From Ignavibacteriales bacterium (GTDB taxonomy: Bacteria > Bacteroidota > Ignavibacteria > Ignavibacteriales > Melioribacteraceae): 64,000 nucleotides of DNA. Location of the stretch: the NCBI GenBank assembly GCA_026390775.1, contig JAPLFF010000003.1, forward strand, positions 679,858-743,857, given 5' to 3'. Under the pieces are notes generated by a model. It worked only from the letters and a program-made list of their open reading frames with translations. It ran no database searches and was not told the DNA's origin. The position numbers and the translations under genes are program-made. Within the stretch, counting starts at the first letter, position 1, and each line of letters begins with the position of its first letter. This document shows positions 44,386 through 54,850 of the stretch, piece by piece.

Positions 44386-46542
44386 ATGAATCCTCTAAAA
44401 ATGTTTACTGTTTTATTATTTGTAATCTCAACTCAAATAATTCCTCAGGAAAAACTTTTTACTGTAGAAGATGTTGTCCAAGGTTCATTTAACAGATCGG
44501 CTTTATCAGGCATGAGACAACTTAATTGGATTCCAAATACAGATAATTATGTTTGGACCGACGGAACGGATGATAAATCCGTTTTACTAGTTTCAACACC
44601 AAAAAGTGCAAAAGCTGATACTCTTCTGAAATTAGCTGAACTAAATTCATTTTTTACTAAGCAAAATGAAAAACCATTACTCTCTATGCCATCTGTTATT
44701 TGGTCGTCTGCCAATGAATTTTACTTCCGTAGCGGATTAAAATATTATTCCTTCAATTTGAAATTTAAAAAACTGACAAATGTAAATTCAGTTGCAGATG
44801 GAGCAGCTGATCAAACACTTTCACCTAATAAAAAATTAGTTGCTTACACAAAAAGGAATAACCTCTTTCTTAGTCTCGGTGATACTCAAATCATTCAAAT
44901 AACTGCTGATAAAGATACTAACATAGTTAACGGGCAATCAGTGCATCGGGATGAATTCGGAATTAACGGGGGAATTTTTTGGTCGCCGAATAATAACTAC
45001 ATAGCATTCTATCGAATGGATCAAACTATGGTAACAGATTATCCGTTGGTTGATCTCACTTACACTCCCGCCCGTTTAAAATTCATTAAATATCCTATGG
45101 CTGGGCAAGCAAGTCATCATGTTACTGTTGGTATTTACGAGATCAAAACTGGAAAAACAGTCTGGCTGAAAACCGGTGAACCGCTTGATCAGTATTTAAC
45201 AAATCTTGCATGGTCCCCTGACGAAAAAATACTTTTTATTGCTCACCTTAACAGAGATCAAAATCAAATGCAAATGAAAAAGTATGATATAGCAACTGGT
45301 GAAGTGATCAAAATTTTATTTGAAGAAAAAGATAATGAATATGTTGAACCGTTAAATCCAATCGTATTCTTACCGAATTCTAATGATAAATTTATTTGGG
45401 AATCGCAGAGAGACGGATATAATCACATTTATCTTTATGATGTTGAAGGCAATTTAATAAGGCAAGTAACAGATGGTCATTGGGTTGTAACATCATTTAA
45501 CGGATTTGATAAATCCGGTAAAAATATTTTTATATCTGCAACAAAAGAAAGTCCACTGGAAAAACATTACTACAGAGTAAATATTGAAACCGGTAAAATG
45601 GATCGTCTTACAAAAGAAATCGGAACACATAATGTTGTTGTAAATTCAAGTTCAGAATATTTTATTGATACTTATTCAAATGTTACAACACCGCGTTTAG
45701 TTAATCTTCTAAACAAAAAAGGTGAATTAGTTAGAAATCTTCTAACTACAGATAATCCATACAAAGATTACAGGATGGGAAGCACAAAACTTTTCAGTAT
45801 TAAAAACGATGAAGGGACTGAACTGTTTTGCAGAATGATTACACCGCCAAATTTCGATCAGACTAAAAAATATCCGGTAATTGTTTATGTTTATGGCGGA
45901 CCGCATGCTCAAGAAGTTACAAATATTTTCGGCACTGGAAGATACTTTTTATGGTTCTATTTAATGGCTCAGAAGGGTTTTATAGTTTTCACTTTGGATA
46001 ACCGTGGCTCAGCAAATAGAGGTCTAGATTTCGAACAAGCAGTCTTTCGTCATTTAGGAACAAATGAAGTTAAAGATCAAATGGCAGGTGTTAATTATCT
46101 TAAGTCACTTCCATATGTTGATGGAAATCGTTTTGGTGTTTACGGCTGGAGCTACGGTGGATTTATGACGACTTCTTTAATGCTAAGAACAAACGGCGCT
46201 TTCAAAGTTGGTGCTTGCGGCGGTGCTGTGATTGATTGGAAGTTTTATGAAGTTATGTACGGTGAAAGATATATGGATACTCCTCAGACAAATCCTGATG
46301 GATATAAAGAAGCGAGTTTGCTCAATTATGTAGATAATCTAAAAGGAAAACTCTTATTAGTTCATGGAACAAGCGATCCAACTGTAGTTTGGCAAAACAC
46401 ACTTCTATTTGCTAAGAAATGTTCCGAACTAAACAAACCGCTGGATTATTATCCATATATAGGATCAGGGCATGGTGTTGGTGGAAAGGATGCCCTTCAA
46501 CTGTATTACAAAATAACCAACTACTTTTTAGATAACCTTTGA
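44386..46542 (+). CDS. Dipeptidyl-peptidase IV family (S9B) serine peptidase
   Basis: 718 aa with a signal peptide, a DPP-IV N-terminal propeller region and a C-terminal alpha/beta hydrolase with GWSYGG nucleophile elbow, a later D and GHG. Confidence 0.9.
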   Translation: MNPLKMFTVLLFVISTQIIPQEKLFTVEDVVQGSFNRSALSGMRQLNWIPNTDNYVWTDGTDDKSVLLVSTPKSAKADTLLKLAELNSFFTKQNEKPLLSMPSVIWSSANEFYFRSGLKYYSFNLKFKKLTNVNSVADGAADQTLSPNKKLVAYTKRNNLFLSLGDTQIIQITADKDTNIVNGQSVHRDEFGINGGIFWSPNNNYIAFYRMDQTMVTDYPLVDLTYTPARLKFIKYPMAGQASHHVTVGIYEIKTGKTVWLKTGEPLDQYLTNLAWSPDEKILFIAHLNRDQNQMQMKKYDIATGEVIKILFEEKDNEYVEPLNPIVFLPNSNDKFIWESQRDGYNHIYLYDVEGNLIRQVTDGHWVVTSFNGFDKSGKNIFISATKESPLEKHYYRVNIETGKMDRLTKEIGTHNVVVNSSSEYFIDTYSNVTTPRLVNLLNKKGELVRNLLTTDNPYKDYRMGSTKLFSIKNDEGTELFCRMITPPNFDQTKKYPVIVYVYGGPHAQEVTNIFGTGRYFLWFYLMAQKGFIVFTLDNRGSANRGLDFEQAVFRHLGTNEVKDQMAGVNYLKSLPYVDGNRFGVYGWSYGGFMTTSLMLRTNGAFKVGACGGAVIDWKFYEVMYGERYMDTPQTNPDGYKEASLLNYVDNLKGKLLLVHGTSDPTVVWQNTLLFAKKCSELNKPLDYYPYIGSGHGVGGKDALQLYYKITNYFLDNL

Positions 46543-46633
46543 TGCAATTTTACCGGGCAGAGATGTGAGTTAAGTTTGCCTGGCATTTTCAAGTCTTCAA
46601 TAAAATGGTTATTTTCAATTTAGAATCTGTTAA

Positions 46634-46641
46634 TAATTTTG
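46634..46641 (+). promoter_or_regulatory. Candidate -7 promoter box TAATTTTG
   Basis: Matches TAnnTTTG and ends 25 nt before the TTG start at 46666. Confidence 0.3.
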
Positions 46642-46665
46642 ATAATTTTTTAAAGTGAGATTTTT

Positions 46666-49020
46666 TTGACCGGTGCAAAATTAGACCTATTAATAAAGCT
46701 AAATGAACTTGCCGAATATGCTCGCCGTGGAGATGAATTTTTACCGGATGAGATATGCAATTTCCTTTCCAATGAATTTGATCTAAATGGCGCTGCTCTT
46801 TTTTCTATAGGTGATAACAATTCTTTTCATCCAATAGGTAAATCTGCCGGTGTTAAGAAAAATCAGCTCAAAGGCAATTCTTTCATCTGTCCTAACTGTA
46901 AACATTTCGCCGGAGTTCAAAGCAACACTTTAATTCTTGATAGTAATTGTTCAATCCAAATTTCAGATAACATAAGTAATGAGGGATGTTATTTGATCAA
47001 TCTTTCAGATTTAGATAAGATGATGATCAAAGTAGCTAAAAAAACTGCATTTAAACAAAACGATAAAGACAACTTAGAAAAAGCCATTCAGCTTATTTCA
47101 TCATTAATATTGTTATGGTTAGAAAAACGCGGTGGTACAAAACATTCAACAGCTTCTCTTGCTAGAATTGTTACAGAAACTACTAATGAACTTAAGACTA
47201 GTTCCAATAACATAATGAGTTCTACTTCCGCATTATCAGGCTCAGCATTATCTCCATCGAATTCTGAAAGCATTAATTCATTAAAGAAAAATGCTCAGAA
47301 TATTCTTTTGAACATTAATGATCTTAATGAAATTTCTAAGATCGAATCTAACTCTGTTACCAGAAATCAAAAAAGTGTAGAACTTATTCCGTTTATCAAT
47401 GAGATAGTAGAATTATTTAAAAGAAATCTTGGTAATCGTAAAATTACGTTTTCAGTTAGCGTAGATAAGTTATTAAATAAATCCGTGATATTAGATGATC
47501 AGAAACTGCGTTACATCTTGAGCAGTTTCCTTTTTGTTTCAACAAACCTTACAACTAAAGGTGAAATTTCGGTTATAGCTTCTGTCATTCAGAATAATTT
47601 AGTAAGATTTGTTATCTCTGATTCCGGAACTGTTATTGAAAGTAAGATAATTGATAAACTATTCGATCCATTTACTCTTTTTCAAATGGAGGGATTTAAA
47701 AACTCTCCTTTAACAGGACTCAGTTTAACATTGGTAAAAAAATATGTACATTATTTGGGTGGAGAAATTTCAACAACAAGCACTGCGGGGAAAGGAAATA
47801 CTTTCACGTTCACTATTAATGGAGAAGTAATGGCTGAAATAGGAAACAGTATCTCACAATTACCCAAACCAACTTCGGTAAATAAAGTTCTTGTTATTGA
47901 GGATGATTATGCAACATCGAAGCTTTTAACAAATTACCTAAATAAATGGGGTTATAATCCAACCATTGTAAGTACAGAAGAACAGGCTTTTGGCGTTATC
48001 AATAAAGAACCTCTACTCGCCATTATCTTAGATATCGAACTTCCGAATATAAACGGTCTCGAATTATTGAAGAAACTACATGATAATCCTCAGACAAAAA
48101 ATACACCGGTAATTGTTTGCTCTATTGAACCGGAACAACAAAAAGCATTTATGATGGGTGCCGTAGAATATTTTATTAAACCGATAAATTACAATTACCT
48201 TGTTGAAGTTCTAACAAATTATAAACTGAGAAAAAATTCAAATGTCCTTTGTGTTGATGATGATTTACCTACTCTAAATTTAGTTAAGCAGGCAATTGAA
48301 TCTGCAGGATTTATAGCTATTGCTGAAAATGTTTCTGCAAAAGTTATGGATAGAATTAAAGATAAAGATGTTGATTTGGCTATTGTTGATCTGGATATGC
48401 CAGAGCCAAACGGATTTGAATTGATCAAACTGATTAAGTCAGATAAAAAGTTTGCACACCTCCCAATTATAATTTATACCGGTAAAGAGAATTACAGAGA
48501 AGACCTCTACAAGATTGAAGGATTATTTGAAGAACTGCTTGATAAACACTCTACGAATATTGAAGATCTCGCAGATACTATAAGTGCAATGATCAACCGC
48601 TATGAAACACCTCCTTCAGTTGAAGAAGTAATGCACAGAGATAATGTGATAAAGATATTATTAGCAGAAGATTATAAACACTCACAAATAATTGTTACAC
48701 GATTGTTAAAGAAAAATGGTTTTGAGAATGTTATAGTTGTTGAAAACGGCGAAGATGCGGTTAAAATGGCTCATCAAGAAAAATTTGATTTGATCTTGAT
48801 GGTTATGCAAATGCCCATTATGAACGGCTTTGAAGCAACAGAGAAGATTCGCGAAATACCCGAGTATCGAGAAGTTCCGATAATTGCATTAACAGCTTTT
48901 GCTATGAAAGGTGATCGTGAAAAATGTCTAGAATCCGGTGCAACCGATTATATTCCAAAACCAATCGACAGCAAAGAATTCATCGAAAAAGTGAAATACT
49001 ATACAAATGTTTCTGCCTAA
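46666..49020 (+). CDS. Hybrid histidine-kinase-like protein with three receiver domains; H-box His, ATP-lid glycines and the third receiver Asp are substituted
   Basis: 784 aa. The DHp-like TTNELKTSSNNIMS aligns with SHELRTPLNAIIG (His to Asn174, codon 47185-47187). G1 is DSGTV and G2 is LTGLSL. REC1 (AIILDIELP) and REC2 (LAIVDLDMP) are intact. REC3 reads DLILMVMQMP (Asp to Val, codon 48802-48804). Confidence 0.8.
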   Translation: MTGAKLDLLIKLNELAEYARRGDEFLPDEICNFLSNEFDLNGAALFSIGDNNSFHPIGKSAGVKKNQLKGNSFICPNCKHFAGVQSNTLILDSNCSIQISDNISNEGCYLINLSDLDKMMIKVAKKTAFKQNDKDNLEKAIQLISSLILLWLEKRGGTKHSTASLARIVTETTNELKTSSNNIMSSTSALSGSALSPSNSESINSLKKNAQNILLNINDLNEISKIESNSVTRNQKSVELIPFINEIVELFKRNLGNRKITFSVSVDKLLNKSVILDDQKLRYILSSFLFVSTNLTTKGEISVIASVIQNNLVRFVISDSGTVIESKIIDKLFDPFTLFQMEGFKNSPLTGLSLTLVKKYVHYLGGEISTTSTAGKGNTFTFTINGEVMAEIGNSISQLPKPTSVNKVLVIEDDYATSKLLTNYLNKWGYNPTIVSTEEQAFGVINKEPLLAIILDIELPNINGLELLKKLHDNPQTKNTPVIVCSIEPEQQKAFMMGAVEYFIKPINYNYLVEVLTNYKLRKNSNVLCVDDDLPTLNLVKQAIESAGFIAIAENVSAKVMDRIKDKDVDLAIVDLDMPEPNGFELIKLIKSDKKFAHLPIIIYTGKENYREDLYKIEGLFEELLDKHSTNIEDLADTISAMINRYETPPSVEEVMHRDNVIKILLAEDYKHSQIIVTRLLKKNGFENVIVVENGEDAVKMAHQEKFDLILMVMQMPIMNGFEATEKIREIPEYREVPIIALTAFAMKGDREKCLESGATDYIPKPIDSKEFIEKVKYYTNVSA

Positions 49021-49048
49021 TTATTGATTGAAGTTATCTTCTGATAAA

Positions 49049-49079
49049 TAAAAAGTCCCGCATTAGCGGGACTTTTTTT
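49049..49079. terminator. Bidirectional intrinsic terminator between convergent genes
   Basis: AAAAA-GTCCCGC-atta-GCGGGAC-TTTTTTT. Confidence 0.85.
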
Positions 49080-49100
49080 ACATCAATATTCAAACAAATA

Positions 49101-50672
49101 TTATTTTTTCTGTATGGCCATTTTTGGTAACGAAGTAGTACTTGGTTGAAAATCATTAATAGTAGTTATCGTCACTACACCATTTGCATCTACATTTAAT
49201 TCGAATACTCGCCAAGTATTATAACCGTTCGGATTGCTTGTCGGAACACTAAATGCGTAAAGCTGTGCGCCAATTATTAAAGTTACCTTTGCATTAGAAC
49301 CAGCTAACGGTGCAGAGCTTTCACCCGAATAGTTGTGAACTATGTACTTATACACTCCCGGGAATTTTCTGTAAATAGTTACTACTTCCGGTCCATAACT
49401 ATACCTATCATCAGTATCTAAACTAGCAAAAGGATAACTAGTAGCAGATCCCATTGAACTCCAATAAACATGTCCCGGACCTTGTGAATTATATGCAGGA
49501 ATATATAAATGACTGTCAACATCATAAGGAGTTAGTCCCCATGTTAATGTAATGGAAGCTATAGGTGGAGATAAAACAATATCACCAATAGCTTTTGTTC
49601 CGCCATTAGTTGTAGGTGTCGTTATTGTTAATGGTGAACTTGTAGTACCATCTTTTGTAGCTTTTACAATTACTGTTGAATTAGCACGTACTCCGATTGA
49701 AAATGTTCCATCAGAACCTGTATATCTGTATGATCGTCCGGTATAATCAACTCCATCTGCAGTTACATAAGCATTTTGAATAGGAATACCATTACCATCA
49801 ATTACTCTACCTGTAATGTAACATACATCATAAACACGATCCCAATTCCATGAGGTAAAATGTGTAACAGGACCTGTGTAACTATTTCCTGATTTAGTGG
49901 CCACACCTTCTTCTCTCCATACTGCTGCCGTTGTATCATACCACCACATAGATATTGTAGCTGGTGCAGAACTTTGCAAAGATGTTGGAATTGGAATTGT
50001 TAGAGTAGCTGTCTTTCCGCTGGCTAATTTAAGAGTAGCACCGCTTGTGGATTTTAAATTAGCATCTATAAAACCAAATGATTGGATGGCGGCTTCCGTG
50101 CCGGATGTAGTTATGCCGCTAAAATTACCCGGGAACACTTGATTATATGTTGTGCTTGTTGGATCAAAATATTTTGCTGAAACCATAGCCGGTCCTGTAA
50201 ATGGATTCCCGTTAGCATCTGCAAAAGAACCGGATGGGAATGTAATCTGTCCACCTCCGGTAGGAGTTATTGTCCCACCAGTGTTGGCAACAGTTTGAGA
50301 AGTTGGTGCTGTCGCCAAAGTTGCATCTATAAATGAACTTTGTCCAGTATTCACATCAACGACTTTATAAGTTGATATATATCCGGATTTAGAGAATGAA
50401 ACTTGCTTTTTGGTACCTGCGGTCAATTCAGAAACACTAAACCACCCCTGTTCATTAGTTAGTACCGTTTTACCTTGAATAGTAACAGTAACAGAACCTA
50501 ATAATGTTCCGGATTCATTTTGAACTCTGCCAAGAAGTAAAGCGTAATTTTGTGCAGGAGGATTGTTAGTGTTGTCTGGTCCGCTTGGATTGTCATCTTT
50601 TTTGCAACTTGATGTTAGAATTATTGCAAAAAGCGTTAACAGTACGAAATAATACCAAGTATGTTTCTTCAT
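49101..50672 (-). CDS. Secreted lipoprotein with carboxypeptidase-regulatory-like (CarbopepD_reg) fold segments; function unknown
   Basis: 523 aa with signal plus lipobox (ILTSSC). It is rich in T/G/S/P. Segments such as LLGRVQNESGTLLGSVTVTIQGK and ITGRVIDGNGIPIQNAYVT resemble CarbopepD_reg beta-sandwiches. Confidence 0.6.
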   Translation of the reverse strand: MKKHTWYYFVLLTLFAIILTSSCKKDDNPSGPDNTNNPPAQNYALLLGRVQNESGTLLGSVTVTIQGKTVLTNEQGWFSVSELTAGTKKQVSFSKSGYISTYKVVDVNTGQSSFIDATLATAPTSQTVANTGGTITPTGGGQITFPSGSFADANGNPFTGPAMVSAKYFDPTSTTYNQVFPGNFSGITTSGTEAAIQSFGFIDANLKSTSGATLKLASGKTATLTIPIPTSLQSSAPATISMWWYDTTAAVWREEGVATKSGNSYTGPVTHFTSWNWDRVYDVCYITGRVIDGNGIPIQNAYVTADGVDYTGRSYRYTGSDGTFSIGVRANSTVIVKATKDGTTSSPLTITTPTTNGGTKAIGDIVLSPPIASITLTWGLTPYDVDSHLYIPAYNSQGPGHVYWSSMGSATSYPFASLDTDDRYSYGPEVVTIYRKFPGVYKYIVHNYSGESSAPLAGSNAKVTLIIGAQLYAFSVPTSNPNGYNTWRVFELNVDANGVVTITTINDFQPSTTSLPKMAIQKK

Positions 50673-50895
50673 CCCTTCTCCTTTGAAGTTTATGAATATT
50701 TATATTAAAGAAAAGCTGAGTTTTTTATTTAATAAACAGAGCACAGGGTAATTCAATAATTATTAACTGTTACTACAATTTAACATATGGAATTTTTATT
50801 CAAAAGAAAATAGATGATGATAGCTATCACAAAGTTTAATTCAGATTCAAATGTAAACACCGTTCAAATTATTATAAGAAACACATTAACTTTTT

Positions 50896-50903
50896 TATAT
50901 TTG
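50896..50903 (+). promoter_or_regulatory. Candidate -7 promoter box TATATTTG for gltX
   Basis: Matches TAnnTTTG and ends 29 nt upstream of the GTG start at 50932. Confidence 0.35.
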
Positions 50904-50931
50904 TAAGAAGACATTTTTCTAAGGAGTATTA

Positions 50932-52389
50932 GTGAAGTCAGTTCGTGTTCGATTTGCCCCAAGTCCTACAGGATATTTGCATGTAGGCGGTTTAAGAACC
51001 GCATTATATAATTATTTATTTGCTAGAAAGAACAACGGTAAGTTTGTCTTAAGAATAGAGGATACCGACCGCAACCGCTTTGTAGAAGGTGCCGTTGAAA
51101 ATTTAATATCTGCTTTAAAATGGTGCGGACTCGATTTTGATGAAGGGCCGGAAACTGGCGGCAAGTTCGGTCCGTATTTACAATCTCAGCGTCTCGGTAT
51201 ATATCAAAAATATATACAAGAATTAATTGTTAAAGGAGATGCTTATTATTGTTTCTGTACCCACGAGCGTCTCGAAGCGTTAAAAGAAGAACAACAGAAG
51301 CAAAAACTTCCTCAGGCAAAATACGATAAACACTGCCTTTCTCTTAGTAAAAGTAAGATCGAAGAAAATCTTGCAAACAAAATTCCGTTTGTCATACGTT
51401 TGAATGTTGTACCGAATCAAAAAATTATTTTTGATGATATTGTCCGCAGCCGTATTGAATTCGAGAGCAATAATGTTGATGATCAAGTTTTGATAAAAAG
51501 CGACGGCTACCCAACTTATCATTTTGCAAATGTTGTTGATGATCATTTAATGGAGATAAGCCATGTTATCCGTGGTGAAGAATGGCTTTCATCAACTCCG
51601 AAACATGTATTGTTATATGATTCGTTTGGTTGGGAAAAACCGATCTTCGCACATCTTCCGTTATTATTAAATCCTGATCGATCAAAATTAAGCAAAAGAC
51701 AAGGCGATGTTGCAGTTGAAGATTACCGTGCAAAAGGATTTTTAAGAGAAGCTCTTGTAAACTTTGTCGCTTTATTAGGATGGAACGCCGGTGATGATAA
51801 AGAATTTTATTATATGAATGAATTGATAGAAAATTTTTCTTTAGAACGGGTTAACAAATCCGGAGCTGTATTCGATATTGAAAAATTAAATTGGTTAAAT
51901 GCCGAACATCTTCGTAAAAAATCAAACGATGAATTATTAACAATGTTAAGAATAGAAATTCTCAATTCTCAATTTTCAACTCTCAATTTGCCTGATGCTT
52001 ATCTGCTAAAAGTAATTTCTACTATGAAAGAAAGGGTTAGTTTTGTTAAGGAATTCCTGTCAAATTCTCCCTACTTCTTTGAAGCTCCTTCCGAATATGA
52101 TGAAAGCTCTGTTTTGAAAAATTGGAAATCTGAAACTCCTGATCAGATGAAAAAACTTTATGAATCGTTTGCAAAACTTAACACACCTGTTAAAGAGGAT
52201 TTTGAAGCTTCTCTAAAAGAAACTGCTGCTGAATTAAACATAGGTGCTGGGAAATTAATCCATCCCCTTCGCCTTGCAGTTTCCGGTATGAGCGGCGGAC
52301 CCGGAGTTTACGATATTCTGGTTATCATAGGATTAGAAGAAACACAAAAGAGAATTGACAAAGCAATAAATACTATTTCTGTTAACTAA
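50932..52389 (+). CDS. gltX: Glutamyl-tRNA synthetase
   Basis: 485 aa with VRVRFAPSPTGYLHVGGLRTAL (HIGH region) and KLSKRQG (KMSKS). GTG start follows AAGGAG. Confidence 0.95.
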   Translation: MKSVRVRFAPSPTGYLHVGGLRTALYNYLFARKNNGKFVLRIEDTDRNRFVEGAVENLISALKWCGLDFDEGPETGGKFGPYLQSQRLGIYQKYIQELIVKGDAYYCFCTHERLEALKEEQQKQKLPQAKYDKHCLSLSKSKIEENLANKIPFVIRLNVVPNQKIIFDDIVRSRIEFESNNVDDQVLIKSDGYPTYHFANVVDDHLMEISHVIRGEEWLSSTPKHVLLYDSFGWEKPIFAHLPLLLNPDRSKLSKRQGDVAVEDYRAKGFLREALVNFVALLGWNAGDDKEFYYMNELIENFSLERVNKSGAVFDIEKLNWLNAEHLRKKSNDELLTMLRIEILNSQFSTLNLPDAYLLKVISTMKERVSFVKEFLSNSPYFFEAPSEYDESSVLKNWKSETPDQMKKLYESFAKLNTPVKEDFEASLKETAAELNIGAGKLIHPLRLAVSGMSGGPGVYDILVIIGLEETQKRIDKAINTISVN

Positions 52390-52412
52390 ATACTTTTAAG
52401 ACAACATACATT

Positions 52413-53156
52413 ATGATTAACAATAGAAGAATAATAGTAGTGCTTCCGGCTTATAATGCTGAGAAAACTTTGGAAATGACCTACAAAGAAATTCCCTTTG
52501 ATATAGTTGATGATGTAATTCTTGTTGATGATGCAAGTCTAGATTCAACTTCCATGGTTGCTAAACAGCTGGGAATTAAATATGTAATAAGACATGATCG
52601 CAATCTTGGTTATGGCAGCAATCAAAAAACATGTTACAAAAAAGCTCTTGAACTAAATGGAGATATTGTGATTATGCTTCATCCGGATTATCAATATACT
52701 CCCAGACTTATTCCTTCAATGGCTTGGTTGATTGCTAATGATGTTTACCCGGTTGTATTAGGGTCTAGAATTTTAGGCTTAGGAGCTTTAAAAGGCGGTA
52801 TGCCTTTCTATAAATACTTCTTCAATAGAACACTTACATTAATTCAAAACTTGCTTGTAGGTCAAAAACTATCTGAATATCATACAGGTTATAGAGCATT
52901 TTCAAAAACTGTATTAGAAAATATTAATTTCCAAATTAATTCGGATGATTTCATTTTCGATAATCAAATGCTATCTCAAATTATTTATGCAAAATTTGAA
53001 ATTGCAGAAATAACTTGCCCCACAAAATATTTTGATGATGCTTCTTCTATAAACTTTAGAAGAAGTGTCAAATATGGTTTAGGTGTACTTTCAGTTTCAT
53101 TTAAACACTTTATGCAAAGAATGGGACTGGCAAACTTTAGTATTTATAAAAAATAA
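52413..53156 (+). CDS. Family-2 glycosyltransferase (polyprenol-phosphate sugar transferase-like, DPM1/ArnC type)
   Basis: 247 aa with VVLPAYNAE, VDDAS.D and HPDYQY, typical of the GT2 DxD class. Confidence 0.8.
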   Translation: MINNRRIIVVLPAYNAEKTLEMTYKEIPFDIVDDVILVDDASLDSTSMVAKQLGIKYVIRHDRNLGYGSNQKTCYKKALELNGDIVIMLHPDYQYTPRLIPSMAWLIANDVYPVVLGSRILGLGALKGGMPFYKYFFNRTLTLIQNLLVGQKLSEYHTGYRAFSKTVLENINFQINSDDFIFDNQMLSQIIYAKFEIAEITCPTKYFDDASSINFRRSVKYGLGVLSVSFKHFMQRMGLANFSIYKK

Positions 53157-53169
53157 TTCAGAATATTTT

Positions 53170-54828
53170 TTATTTGTTTTTTGGAAGCCGTTTAAAGAAA
53201 GCAAATCCCCCCTCTTCTTTCATTAATTCAATATTTGGTAAAGTCTTATAATCATTTTGATCTTGAACTTTGCATACAGAATAAACTGGTTTATCTATTT
53301 CGCCTTCTTTAAGCCATTTCTCATAAACGTCTTGATCCAGACCTAATGCCTTAGAACTATTTTTATATTGTTTTTTTGAATAGAATAAATGAGCATAGCT
53401 TTTAAAACCAAGAACATTCAAATAAACATCTTCACCAGCAATGCTTTCATAAAAAGCAATTGGTGCACCTTGAACATGTTTTTCTACTTTTGGTACCACT
53501 ATCGGTAAAAATAATGAGAGTGCAATAATTGTATTTAAAAATAGTAAGTACAATCCTTTTCTGTATTGCTGCTTAAATAGGAACACGACTGACACTATCA
53601 ACAAAATCAAGAAAAGAACTCCAATTAAATACTCTAAACCGGACCAATTCACATTCATGCTTAAGTTGCCTTTAACAAAATCATCTGTAATATATGGCAT
53701 CAGTTTATTTCGGTAAATAAATGCCAGAGGTAGCGCAATCAGCAATACAGAGTATATTAATCCTAATAAAATTATTCCCGCATAATGCCCTGCATTAAGT
53801 TTTCTCTTCTCTTTAATAAGATCATAAATAGTTATGGTTGATAAAAATGTAATTGGGTAATATGCTAAAGAGGAATAATGAATGATCTTTGTTGTGACTA
53901 TTGAAAAAATAACCAAGACAACTGCTAAAAGAACAATCATTATTATTCGTAAATTATTTTGATCATTTTCAATATGCTTCCCTTTTCTAAAATGATTAAA
54001 TGCAAAGATTGAAGCAGGAAAACAGCCGATAAGTAAAATGACAAAATGATAATAAAATGGTCCGCTATGACCGGCATCTCCGGTAGTCAACAGCCTTATT
54101 TGATACTTAATAAATTCATTAATGAACCAGGTCCCATTCGAAATTATTTCAATTCCGAACCAAATTAAAGAAACAAATACTGTAGTTATGACAAAAAGTA
54201 TTGCATCTATAACCGGAATTTTTATTTCCTTGCGGTTAATTATCCAGAAGATGAAAAATGTAATTGATGGGATTAAAAATCCAACCGGACCTTTTGTTAG
54301 TACAGCCAATCCTGAAAATACTCCGGCAAGTAAAATCGGAGTTCTGTTTTTGTTTTTCGGCAGATAATTTTTATAGATGAAATAAGCAGATAAGAACATG
54401 AAGAGATTAAACATTGGGTCTATAATTCCGCTCCTAAAATAGAAGAGAGGTAAAAAAGAACCTAGGTATACCAAACACCATGTCCAGCCAAATTCTGTAT
54501 TAAATACTTTTTTCCCAATGTTGAATAATACTAGTAAAGTAATTATTCCTATCAAAGCGTTTGGTAACCGTGAAGCAAATTCATTTATTCCGAATATCTT
54601 CATAGAAAGGACTTGAGCCCATATAAAAAGCGGCGGCTTTTCCCAAAAAGGCTGATAATCAATTTGAACTCTTAAATAATCACCAGTTGCTATCATCTCT
54701 CTAGCACACTCGGCAAAATTGATTTCATCCCAATCAAAAAGATGAACCCTTCCTAATAGAGGGATTAAAATCAATGATCCAATAAAAATAATTACAGCAT
54801 AAGAGTTTTGGCTGAATAGTTTTTTCAT
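53170..54828 (-). CDS. GT39/GT83-family (PMT/ArnT-like) polytopic glycosyltransferase
   Basis: 552 aa with more than 10 TM segments. The first periplasmic loop is LFDWDEINFAECAREM with the DE motif of ArnT/PMT-type enzymes. Confidence 0.8.
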   Translation of the reverse strand: MKKLFSQNSYAVIIFIGSLILIPLLGRVHLFDWDEINFAECAREMIATGDYLRVQIDYQPFWEKPPLFIWAQVLSMKIFGINEFASRLPNALIGIITLLVLFNIGKKVFNTEFGWTWCLVYLGSFLPLFYFRSGIIDPMFNLFMFLSAYFIYKNYLPKNKNRTPILLAGVFSGLAVLTKGPVGFLIPSITFFIFWIINRKEIKIPVIDAILFVITTVFVSLIWFGIEIISNGTWFINEFIKYQIRLLTTGDAGHSGPFYYHFVILLIGCFPASIFAFNHFRKGKHIENDQNNLRIIMIVLLAVVLVIFSIVTTKIIHYSSLAYYPITFLSTITIYDLIKEKRKLNAGHYAGIILLGLIYSVLLIALPLAFIYRNKLMPYITDDFVKGNLSMNVNWSGLEYLIGVLFLILLIVSVVFLFKQQYRKGLYLLFLNTIIALSLFLPIVVPKVEKHVQGAPIAFYESIAGEDVYLNVLGFKSYAHLFYSKKQYKNSSKALGLDQDVYEKWLKEGEIDKPVYSVCKVQDQNDYKTLPNIELMKEEGGFAFFKRLPKNK

Positions 54829-54850
54829 ATCTTAATTTATAGAATTTTTT

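Noticed and set aside
46553-46590. Imperfect hairpin CCGGGCA...TGCCTGG after the DPP-IV gene, considered as a terminator
   Set aside because: The stem needs a G-U pair, the loop is long (about 17 nt) and the downstream T-tract is weak (cattttc). It is not reported as a feature.
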